Assembly (NCBI GenBank): GCA_002245135.1
Contig: NGBS01001193.1
Location: 62,001-82,121, forward strand
From: Proteromonas lacertae
Lineage: Eukaryota
Length of the DNA stretch: 20,121 nt
Direction of reading: 5' to 3'
Positions 1-9,670 of the stretch are shown here, piece by piece. Position numbers and translations under genes: made by a program. The notes under the pieces were generated by a model, which ran no database searches, was not told the origin of the DNA, and saw nothing but the letters and a program-made list of their open reading frames with translations. Every line of letters begins with the position of its first letter. The first letter of the stretch is position 1.

Positions 1-3000
1 GTTCTTACATTTGAAGCAAAATCTCTTGATGTAATAGTGAATCTAATATTATCATGAGCTTTATATATAAATGGTGAATCTGTTGTAATATAACTTGATG
101 CTGCTAATAATGTATTTGCATCAACATATAACTTGTTATTCTCAATTGGCATTGGAATTATACCATTATATCTAATGTCAATAATATATACATCAGATTT
201 ATAAAGTGTAAATAACACTTGATATTGTTTATAAAAATCATCCCATCTTACATAAGCTTTTCTATTGTAAATAGCATCTTGAGTATTATTCAATTGAACA
301 ATTATTTTGTCTTTAATATTTCTTTCAGTGATTCTGTTATTATATATATCATATGGTTCAATGAAGAAATGACTTGATTTTCCTGCGACTGTACAATGAA
401 CGTTTGGACCAATAATCTTACTGGTATATGGAGATATTGTACCTGGTTTAACAACAACATTAAATGGACTACATTTATTATTCTTATCACTAGAACCACA
501 AGATATATCAATATTATCAACACGAATATGTAAATCATATTCACCACTCAATTCTACTATATATTTCACTCTATATTCACCATTACCTATATACTCAGGT
601 GTTAAATAATAGACAATGTTTGGATTTGATTTGTAGATCATTTCTACAGTCAAGGATTTATCATCTACTTGAATATTAGAATTTTGATTATCTTTACTAA
701 CAATCACAAATTCAGATTCTACTCCAGCTACAGCAGTTGTTAAACCATTACCATAAGCAGTTGTATAATGATAATAACTTGTACCAGGAACAATATTCAA
801 ATCAAATGGACTATTCTCTATATCTTCATAAGTATAAAATGCTGTTGATGGTATTAGTATTTTATGTGGATTTGAATAAGTCGACCAATACAATTGTATC
901 ATAGAATCACCTTGTTCTTTACTAAACTCAATAACAATATCATAAAATGTACCTGACACTAATTGTCTTTCAAAATAATATTGATAATTACCAACATTAT
1001 CAGACTGAGTAGTATCTATTAATAATTCATGTTGGAAATATAACTTTGCACCAGGTAAACTGACTAATTCAATACGATAATAATCATCTTGTGGTATAGC
1101 TAATTTACCAATCCATCTGATACTTATATAATCTTTATGGTATGGTGTAATTTTAGTTGAACCATTCCAATTGAAATCAATCATTGAATCTAATCTTTGG
1201 ATTGTTGGAGTATTACTAAACCAACTATTATCATAATAATAACCCAATAATCCTCCTCTTTTCAATTGTTCAATATGTAAATAATAATTACCAGGTTTTT
1301 CAATGTAATATGATAATGTATAACTTGGAAATCCGTGTAATAACATTTCACTATAAACTACAGCATCTTTACCAAATAAACTATTATCACTACCTTCTCT
1401 TGTTCTTTCTACTTTAATGTATTTGCCTTCACTCATTGAACCAGTCATTTCAACTGTAATTGGGATTAATGATTGATATGGTGTTGGTGGATCAATAAAA
1501 GTGACTTTCCAATCATATAAATCATATTCTAATGAGATTCTATTCACTTCAACTTTACCAAAATGTGGTAATTCTTCTAAGGCAGCTTTCATTTCTAACT
1601 CACTACAATCTAATGGCAATGAATGTGTAATTGATTCTCTGTATTGTAATTTGAAGTTTCCTCTTAATTCTGCTGGATTTCCTCCTCTTAATGAGATTGT
1701 TTGTATTTCATAAATGATTGGTTTAACTACTAACTGATGTTGTGCACCATTTGTATTAGTAAATGTAATTTGATACTGATAACCATAACCAAAATCATTT
1801 CTAGAAACTTCTACATCATTTAACATTGAGAATTTTGATATTAATTCTTTCATTTCACTGGCTGATGCATTCCAAGCTATTGGTTCGGCTTGAATTTCAT
1901 CATCAATGCTTATAGAATACAATCCTTCTTCTCTATCTATATCACTTGAATATGATAATACAATCTGTTGTATTTCTCTTAATCCATTCTCTTCAGTTGC
2001 ATTTACTTCACTACCATCACATATAACTGTAAAAACAGTTGAATTCAAATAATAAGTGATTAAATCAAGTGTTAATATGTTATGAACATAATGAATTGGA
2101 GTTTGTGAACTTATTTTCATATCTTTCCATATTTGCTGAACTTCATAATTAGTAGAATTTGCATTGAATGTAATAATCTGTTCATTGTATTCAATTGTAC
2201 AAATATCACTAACATTATTAAGATTATAATGTAAATATTTGAATATAAATGGATTATATACTGCTCTTCTACCATCAGAAATCCACTTATTATCTTCACT
2301 GGAATATATTTCAGATATAAAAATATCTCGTCCTTTCATACTAGATTCTTGGTAATGATCTGTTATAATCTCATTCATTTGTGTTCTAGGTATTAATATT
2401 ACATTATTCATAGATCCTTTAGTATATTCTCTTGTATGTTGATATATTGGAGTATCAGTAATATTGCTATTATTAGATGAACTATTTCTGTTTTCATCAA
2501 CAATATAACATTTGAATATTAATAATGGGAAATCATAAAATGATTCAAAGTTTATTCTAATATGATAGTCATCATTATCATCTTCATCACTTGTCAATGA
2601 TTTAGACATCACTACAGTTACTGGACCAACTACTTCATCATTTACCATCTTCAATTTACTAATCATTTCTTCTAATTCATTCACTGTAACATTTGTTAAA
2701 AAGAATTCATCGCTATATTCATTACCAATTGAGATTGAACATGATGAAATATTACTCTTTAATACAATATATTGTTCTTCATAAATACCACCAGTTACAC
2801 CTGTATCTAAAGCTGTACCAACACCAAAACTAAATCCAGCAGATGATGGATTAATAGTATAAATTGTATGAGTTGCTTTTGAAGGTAAACTTTCACCTAT
2901 TCTATTAATAGAAGTGATTTTAAATGCATATGAATTATCAGGTTCTAAATTTTCTACTTTAAATTCATACTTACTTGGTTCATTAACACCATGATATACT

Positions 3001-6000
3001 TGTCTATAGGGTGTACCTGATTGTAATTCAGTTACTTTAGCAGTAGCTGTATTAACTGGAAGTAAACCACCATAATACACTTTCAATAATGGGACTTTAC
3101 CGTAATTTTTAATAAATGAAATATAAAATCTATCTCCTTCATCTGTAGTATTAAAACTAACTTCTACTGTATTGATTGATCTTAATTCATTCAATTTCAT
3201 TTCAATATTCTTGGCAGTTTTATTACCATCAGTTTCATAAATGATATTATCAGTCAATTCTCCTTCATTTTCTAATACAATATAACCTCCATCAGCTTCT
3301 TCTATTGTCAATATCTGTATTTCTATCTCAATATCATGAATGAAAGTCTCGTGAGATGGTAAATTATAAAACATATAAATATTATAACCTAATATGGGTA
3401 ATTCACTATTAAATTCAGGAATATCCCATTTCAGTGTAATAGAATTATCAGTTAAATCAACATATCTAATATTATCAGGAGGTTGTGCAACTGTACCAGC
3501 TATTATTGTAATATAAGGAGATCTTTTACCAACTCCAACTGAATTTTCAGCAGCTACAGCAATATGATAATCACTATATTGAACTAAGTTATTGATTGTA
3601 TAATATAATATAGTCATATTCTTAGAATCTTCATCCTTAATTTTCAATTGTTCTTGTACAACATCAGTATTATTCTTAATAATAATTATATATGAAATAA
3701 TATTTGGACCACCAGTGAATGGTTTATACCATTTCAATTCAACACTACACTCACTGCTATTATTATTATTATTACAATTCTGATTAACTACACTAACATT
3801 AACAGGTGGATATGGTACAGAATCAGTAGTAACTAAGTAAGTATAAACTGGACTATATTCACTATTACCTATATCATTAATTGCTCTTATTTTGAACCTA
3901 TATTCTCTACCTAATTCATATTTTACAGCTGGTTCACCTATTGTACATTCCATATCTAAATTATTCCTACCATCATATACTAATACCCAGTTCTTTTCAC
4001 CTAACCAATCATTCATCACTATTTGATAACCAGTATAACTACTATTACCATGATATAATGGATAATCCCAATTCATATTAATATGAGTTGAATTTGAACT
4101 AATAAAGTGTAATCTTGGATAAGATGGAATACTTTCAGATATTATTGGTTCATCATAAACAATAGGATTACTAAATCCACATATTGTATAACCATGACAT
4201 TTAGAATGTGCAAATACTCTGATATAATGATTTGTTCCTTTTTGTAACTTATATTTATATGAATATCGATGTGTATCATTACCTATTCTTACATAATCTA
4301 TTACTGTATTATCAATATATTCATTAGGATAATATTTATCAACAAATATTCGATTATAACTACCATCTTGTATCATTGTAATATTAACAGTTGCATTGTA
4401 ATCTAAATGAGTTGTATCAACTTCAAATAATTTAATATCATCATCAGGTTTGTTACATACTAAATCACCTTTCGATTTACTAATACAATATTTAAATGTA
4501 ATTTCCCATTCAAAACCCCATTGTTGTGTTAATTTCAATACTTTTCTACTAACTTCAATATCTCCAATATTGGTTAAAGATTGTAAATGATATTTCAATT
4601 CATTAGCAGAAACATCAAATCGTATAGCACCAGTTGATTCATTATTATAAATCAAATTGAAAGTACTATTTAAGAAATAAGATGGATCATAATAAGGTAA
4701 TGTCTTTGTAACATTTTCATAGAATAATTCAGTTGTAACTTGAATACTTTGTATTGCATATTTATATGGTTTATCAGATACTTCAATTGTATAGAAATCA
4801 ATGCCTTTTCCTCCATCAAATAATGGTTCTGTCCATTCTATTAATAATTCATTATTTCCTAAGTGTTTAACATCTAATGACTGCGGTGGAGAAGGTGGTT
4901 GTGGATATGGTACAACTGATGGTGGATATGAATAAACATAATCAGTTCTACTACCATTCTGAAATTCAACATAACCTCTGATGAAATATCTAACTCCTTG
5001 TTGTAAATCAGTAATAAAGTGATTATTACTTGGATATAATATTGTCGAGAGTTTATTTGGTCTTCCACTATTAGTGTCTAATAATCTTTGTTGTTCAGTG
5101 GTAAATGGATGTATAGTTATTTGAACTTTTGATCTAGAACCTTCTAATAATGAATCATCTACTGTTAGATATTCTGGTTCTATTCCACCTTCAAATGTGA
5201 TTAACCATTTACAAGATTGATCACTGAAAGTATGACAATATATTGGTTCAACTGTAACTTCACCAATTGCTGGGATTTCTTCTAATATCATTTTTAGTTC
5301 AAACGTATTGGCATTGTATCGAATATATCTTGTTGGATAGTTGTGATATAACAATCTGAAATATCCATTTAATATACCACTATAGGTACCTACTTGAGTT
5401 GATGAGACTGATGGAATAATATCACGATTTTGATCATTTAATACAGCTAAATTAACCATACTTTCTGTTAATGATATGAATGTAATTGAAAATGTAACAT
5501 TATCAGTATCACCACCATTAACAATAACTGTACCAAAGTATTCATTCACTTCATCAATAGCTTTAGCAACTAATACAGCAATTTCAGTCTTATTGTCAAT
5601 TCCACTAACATCAATAACTTCTGTTCTGTAAGCTTTACTATCTATTGTATTCTGTAATTTGAATATCTTATTATTTCCTAAATTAACACTTTTAATAGTT
5701 GGTACTTCTCCATAATTAATAGTAGCAGTTTCATTAATAAAAGCATCAACATTTAAAGGTTCAATCATAAAATTCAATCCATCACCGCCTTTAACAGTAG
5801 GTTCAACATATACTCTATCACCAGAAGCATTTGGTAATCCATAAGGTGTATTATAGAAATATGCTTTCCATTTAGTAATGTTAAACACATCAGGTTGTTC
5901 AGCAACAACATATACATCACCAAAATCAAACAAACTCAATGCATAAGCAATAGATTCATTATCACTACAAGCTGGAATTAATATAACTTGTTTATCACTA

Positions 6001-7010
6001 CTAGACTTTTCATATATTATCTTCACACTGCTATTACCATCAATCATAGTACCATCAGTTGTATTAACCAATAAACAATCATCAGTTTCATTTCTACTTG
6101 AACAGAATGTATAATCAGTCATATCAGATAATAAATCACCATCTAACTCAATATCAGGACGATCATTATAGAATGGATTTGGAGTTTTAGGTATAGCATA
6201 ACTAATACGTATTATTCTAATATGAATAATTGTTTCATTTGTATTTGGTGATGGGAAATCGACTATTGCATCGGTTATTGATAATGTCTTTAATGCATCG
6301 ACTATTCTACCTCTTGTAGCATTCCATGGTATTGGAGCTGTAGTTTGATTGTTCAAAGAGAGTGTAAAATATCCTTCTAATGCATATCCTTTCTGATCTT
6401 CGTTAATTGTGACTATGCCATATACATCTTCATCTGCTACTGTTAAGTGGTATTTGTTATCAGTATGATTCTTGTAGGTTATTTGGTATGTTATTGTACT
6501 GTAATCTTCACTTGCATCTATTTCTACCTCTTCAAATATATCATCACAATTGTTGTTGAGATTTGCAAGTAATTCATCTTCAGTTACTTCTCTTACATCA
6601 AATGGAGTTGTTGTGTAAATTCGATTTTCACCGTTACACATGATTCTTAGTGAACCATGAACTCCTTCATCAGAAACAGCTGAGATTGTGACATTTTCAA
6701 TATGGGGATGATCATCTGGTCCTCTAAAAACAATAGCTTGAACTTCATTGTCTGGATTGTAAATTGTAGGATTTACTTCAATGTAAGCACCTGTATTTGG
6801 ACTAATCATTGTTTCTAAAGTGACTACTCTTGGAAGATATCCATCAGTATCAATCTCAATGGTGGAAGATGCAATTGGAGAAGTCTGCTCATCAGGATAT
6901 GTAATAGTAGATATTATCTCACTATTACTAATAACTTGAGATTTGATAATAGGTAAATTAGCAGTAAATACTGAGCCACATAATAACAGCAAGCAAACAA
7001 TCAATAACAT
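1..7010 (-). CDS. Giant secreted/surface protein (at least 2336 aa, 3' end outside window): signal peptide, FN3, EVQ-type repeats, filamin-like Ig repeats, PA14 domain
   Basis: ATG at 7010 gives MLLIVCLLLLCGSVFTA (signal-peptide-like). The frame was open in every stretch I translated and is the same at both ends. The ORF track lists no fragment in this frame, consistent with no stop before the window edge. FN3 motifs: PSPPQSLDVKHLGNNELLIEWTEPLFDGGKGIDFYTIEV and FKVENLEPDNSYAFKITSINRIGESLPS. PA14 motif GLLGYYYDNSWFSNTPTIQRLDSMIDFNW...YISIRWIGKL (~835-1256). Filamin-like AYGNGLTTAVAGVESEFVIVSKD. Confidence 0.93.
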   Translation of the reverse strand, partial: MLLIVCLLLLCGSVFTANLPIIKSQVISNSEIISTITYPDEQTSPIASSTIEIDTDGYLPRVVTLETMISPNTGAYIEVNPTIYNPDNEVQAIVFRGPDDHPHIENVTISAVSDEGVHGSLRIMCNGENRIYTTTPFDVREVTEDELLANLNNNCDDIFEEVEIDASEDYSTITYQITYKNHTDNKYHLTVADEDVYGIVTINEDQKGYALEGYFTLSLNNQTTAPIPWNATRGRIVDALKTLSITDAIVDFPSPNTNETIIHIRIIRISYAIPKTPNPFYNDRPDIELDGDLLSDMTDYTFCSSRNETDDCLLVNTTDGTMIDGNSSVKIIYEKSSSDKQVILIPACSDNESIAYALSLFDFGDVYVVAEQPDVFNITKWKAYFYNTPYGLPNASGDRVYVEPTVKGGDGLNFMIEPLNVDAFINETATINYGEVPTIKSVNLGNNKIFKLQNTIDSKAYRTEVIDVSGIDNKTEIAVLVAKAIDEVNEYFGTVIVNGGDTDNVTFSITFISLTESMVNLAVLNDQNRDIIPSVSSTQVGTYSGILNGYFRLLYHNYPTRYIRYNANTFELKMILEEIPAIGEVTVEPIYCHTFSDQSCKWLITFEGGIEPEYLTVDDSLLEGSRSKVQITIHPFTTEQQRLLDTNSGRPNKLSTILYPSNNHFITDLQQGVRYFIRGYVEFQNGSRTDYVYSYPPSVVPYPQPPSPPQSLDVKHLGNNELLIEWTEPLFDGGKGIDFYTIEVSDKPYKYAIQSIQVTTELFYENVTKTLPYYDPSYFLNSTFNLIYNNESTGAIRFDVSANELKYHLQSLTNIGDIEVSRKVLKLTQQWGFEWEITFKYCISKSKGDLVCNKPDDDIKLFEVDTTHLDYNATVNITMIQDGSYNRIFVDKYYPNEYIDNTVIDYVRIGNDTHRYSYKYKLQKGTNHYIRVFAHSKCHGYTICGFSNPIVYDEPIISESIPSYPRLHFISSNSTHINMNWDYPLYHGNSSYTGYQIVMNDWLGEKNWVLVYDGRNNLDMECTIGEPAVKYELGREYRFKIRAINDIGNSEYSPVYTYLVTTDSVPYPPVNVSVVNQNCNNNNNSSECSVELKWYKPFTGGPNIISYIIIIKNNTDVVQEQLKIKDEDSKNMTILYYTINNLVQYSDYHIAVAAENSVGVGKRSPYITIIAGTVAQPPDNIRYVDLTDNSITLKWDIPEFNSELPILGYNIYMFYNLPSHETFIHDIEIEIQILTIEEADGGYIVLENEGELTDNIIYETDGNKTAKNIEMKLNELRSINTVEVSFNTTDEGDRFYISFIKNYGKVPLLKVYYGGLLPVNTATAKVTELQSGTPYRQVYHGVNEPSKYEFKVENLEPDNSYAFKITSINRIGESLPSKATHTIYTINPSSAGFSFGVGTALDTGVTGGIYEEQYIVLKSNISSCSISIGNEYSDEFFLTNVTVNELEEMISKLKMVNDEVVGPVTVVMSKSLTSDEDDNDDYHIRINFESFYDFPLLIFKCYIVDENRNSSSNNSNITDTPIYQHTREYTKGSMNNVILIPRTQMNEIITDHYQESSMKGRDIFISEIYSSEDNKWISDGRRAVYNPFIFKYLHYNLNNVSDICTIEYNEQIITFNANSTNYEVQQIWKDMKISSQTPIHYVHNILTLDLITYYLNSTVFTVICDGSEVNATEENGLREIQQIVLSYSSDIDREEGLYSISIDDEIQAEPIAWNASASEMKELISKFSMLNDVEVSRNDFGYGYQYQITFTNTNGAQHQLVVKPIIYEIQTISLRGGNPAELRGNFKLQYRESITHSLPLDCSELEMKAALEELPHFGKVEVNRISLEYDLYDWKVTFIDPPTPYQSLIPITVEMTGSMSEGKYIKVERTREGSDNSLFGKDAVVYSEMLLHGFPSYTLSYYIEKPGNYYLHIEQLKRGGLLGYYYDNSWFSNTPTIQRLDSMIDFNWNGSTKITPYHKDYISIRWIGKLAIPQDDYYRIELVSLPGAKLYFQHELLIDTTQSDNVGNYQYYFERQLVSGTFYDIVIEFSKEQGDSMIQLYWSTYSNPHKILIPSTAFYTYEDIENSPFDLNIVPGTSYYHYTTAYGNGLTTAVAGVESEFVIVSKDNQNSNIQVDDKSLTVEMIYKSNPNIVYYLTPEYIGNGEYRVKYIVELSGEYDLHIRVDNIDISCGSSDKNNKCSPFNVVVKPGTISPYTSKIIGPNVHCTVAGKSSHFFIEPYDIYNNRITERNIKDKIIVQLNNTQDAIYNRKAYVRWDDFYKQYQVLFTLYKSDVYIIDIRYNGIIPMPIENNKLYVDANTLLAASSYITTDSPFIYKAHDNIRFTITSRDFASNVR

Positions 7011-7213
7011 TCTATTCCTATAAATATTATAAAAACCGTTCAGATAAATATAGTTAATAGCTAAAATTAATAGAATAAAAGAAAAAGAGCAAGGCATATA
7101 TAAAATATAGATAAAATGTGGTAATAATACATACATTAATGAATAAGAAAGTATCAACGGATTGATTGAAATTAGATAAAAGTTTATAAATCCCAAAAAT
7201 AAAAATTTATCAA

Positions 7214-7286
7214 GGTCTTGTGGCGCAATGGATAGCGTATCAGACTTCGGATCTGGGGGTTGTGGGTTCGAGTCCCACCAAGATCG
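7214..7286 (+). tRNA. tRNA-Arg, anticodon TCG
   Basis: Acceptor GGTCTTG/CAAGATC plus discriminator G. D arm TGGCGCAATGGATAGCGT. Anticodon stem TCAGA/TCTGG with loop CTTCGGA (TCG at 7247-7249). T loop GGTTCGAGTCC. No encoded CCA, no intron. Confidence 0.97.
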
Positions 7287-7295
7287 ATTTATTTC

Positions 7296-7302
7296 TTTTT
7301 TT
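7296..7302 (+). terminator. Pol III oligo-T terminator of the tRNA
   Basis: T7 run starting 10 nt after the tRNA 3' end. Confidence 0.7.
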
Positions 7303-7389
7303 AAATTCATTATTATTTATTAATCCTTACCCTAAATAATAGATAATGTTAAAGTAGATGAAAATTATTATCAAAATCATTAACATTAA

Positions 7390-9345
7390 TTAATCTTTTT
7401 TTACCTCACTAAAAGAGAAATAGGAATTTGAATTTGTCGCTGTTACCATAAAGTATACTGGAGAATCAATATCAGAATGTACTATCTTCTTTTCATTTCT
7501 ATCATCATAATATCCAAGCTGTTTATTTTTTATATCAATTATAATTTTGTAAGTAGTATTGTTATTATCTGTTACAATATCATATTTCTTGTTTTCTTTT
7601 CCTTTGTTATCTCTTGTTGTACATGCAGATATAATAATATTTGAACCACTACAGTTGATTGAATAAACTCCATCACTATATTGATCAAACACAATATAAT
7701 CATTGATAGATGGAAATTCAACTCTATTATTAATAGTTTCATAATTAATTTTTCTATTAGATTTATATCCTCTTTGAAACATATAATTGCACATTCTTTT
7801 TGTAATAGAAGAAGTATCAATACTCACATCAATAGATATAAAGCCATAATCATTTTCACATGTTACACAATATGTTTTGTTTTTGTTTTGTTTTACAGTT
7901 AAGTCTCCTGTATATTTATCACATTCTATTTCATTATTATCAGTACAATTGATTGTAAATTCACATCCTTCTCCTATAAAACCACTTTTTATTATTAAAG
8001 GTATTGAATTGAATTGATAATTCAAATATTCATATCCAAAGTATATTGGAGGAATGTTTCTTGTTTCATTACCCATCACATTTCGGTAAAACAAATTCTT
8101 GTTATTTGATTTAAAAGTATAGAATAATTCTTCACAAAATGAGTGGAATTTGGGTAAATATCTGTTATAACTATCAAATATATATTTATCTTCACACTTA
8201 AACTTCATCATAATTATTGATTCAACTATAATAATAAATTAACAAATTAATATAATACTGTCATTACAGATGAGTAATAATGCTTTATTCACAGATTTTT
8301 TATCATTATTGCCTGATTCTCTCTTATACTCAGATGATAATACTTCCAACAATTCTTCTCTTACATCACTTACTATAATCAATAGAAAGTATAATTAATA
8401 AATACCATTATATTTTAAATTAAAATCATTTATTAAATCAACAGTATTTGATAAAGTATTTACGACTTTGTTTCTTAATAATTCAGGTATGAATTATTCT
8501 TACTCTTCACTTTTAAATTCTTTTAATCTGGCTTTGTATTCTTCTTCACTTTTTAACCATTTGTTATTCTTTATATGATGGCATAAGCAATAAGAGTAAA
8601 ACAAATCATTAAATATTTCATTATTTGTTGGTTTTGGATCTATATATAATCTGTTGAGAATTCTATCATCATCTTTTGCTAAGTCATTCAAATCATCTAT
8701 CTCACTTTTTTCATCATTATCACTTGTACGTTTGACTGGCAGTTTATCACTAAATTTATTTAACTGTTCAAGTATATAATCATCGCTTTTTATTGACAAT
8801 TTATTTATAGATAATAAAAATTTCAATAGTTCAACATTATTTTTCATTAACATTGTATTTTCTAACAATTTATATCCATATATTACCATATAATCTTTGA
8901 ATATTTTCTTTAAATCGTCTAATACAATTTCACAAGGAATTTTGTTATATATTTCTTGAATTAATTCTATGCTTAAACTTTCACCTAAGAATTGCTTGCA
9001 TCTTTCAATTAATGCTGATTCATTATAGCATATACTTACTATTAACACATCAACTACATTACTCTCATTTATTTCCACTTTTCCATAACCATAGTACCTC
9101 ATTAGTACTTTAAATCCAGTTTTTGTGACATTATCACTAATTTTAATTTCACTATCTCGCTGTTCATCTTCCATTAATCTTCGAAGAGTTTCGTTCTTTT
9201 CTTTAACTAAACAAGAAACACAAGGAATTCTTTCATCTTCCACAATAAAACAATCATCATCCAACCCTTTTTTTACTAAGTAATTTATTAAACCTTCCTC
9301 AGGAACAGGAAGGCTAAACTGATTAATATTTCTTTGTAATGACAT
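7390..9345 (-). CDS. BTB/POZ-BACK domain protein, 4 exons, ~619 aa
   Basis: ORFs 8500-9345 and 7390-8211 join in frame through GT-AG introns 8474-8503 (30 nt), 8373-8405 (33 nt) and 8226-8258 (33 nt). BTB pattern EIKISDNVTKTGFKVLMRYYGYGKVEINESNVVDVLIVSICYNESALIERCKQFL. Confidence 0.85.
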
Positions 9346-9369
9346 TTTGTGTAATAATCAAAAATATGT

Positions 9370-9380
9370 TCGTTTCATTT
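9370..9380 (-). promoter_or_regulatory. AAATGAAACGA motif 25 nt upstream of the BTB gene ATG
   Basis: The same TGAAACGA core lies 15-16 nt upstream of both kinase-LRR ATGs (11219-11229, 19650-19657). A promoter role is inferred. Confidence 0.5.
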
Positions 9381-9485
9381 CTAACGGATTATAATTTTAA
9401 AACATAGTTAATCTTAATCCAATATGATAGTATAACTGAATTATTTAAATTTATTATCTAATATTCATTTCCATTACTATAATAC

Positions 9486-9670
9486 AAAATATATATGTTT
9501 AAAATGAAACGAATATTTTTCATTAATTCTTTTGATTATTTTTCATAGAAGCAAAGTGGCAATAATAATAAAAGGATTATAATTATTCAATATTGAAGAA
9601 TTTTTTCGATAATTCTTTCTTCTCTTCTTTTGATATTCCATCTATTTTAATTCTTTCTATAAATGAAAAT
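9486..9670. repeat. Direct repeat R1 (3' end and downstream flank of kinase-LRR gene); second copy at 12515-12698
   Basis: Manual alignment: 8 differences over 185 nt. Confidence 0.95.

Noticed and set aside
302..5068. Track ORFs 302-547, 1501-1713, 2117-2299 and 4874-5068
   Set aside because: Alternate-frame or antisense shadows of the giant ORF with no recognisable motifs.
1..9345. Stop-codon reassignment as the explanation for the missing ORF over 1-7010 and TAAs near 8500
   Set aside because: The giant frame shows no stops and simply runs off the window. The TAAs near 8500 lie inside a 30-nt intron. Intact genes end in TAA or TAG.
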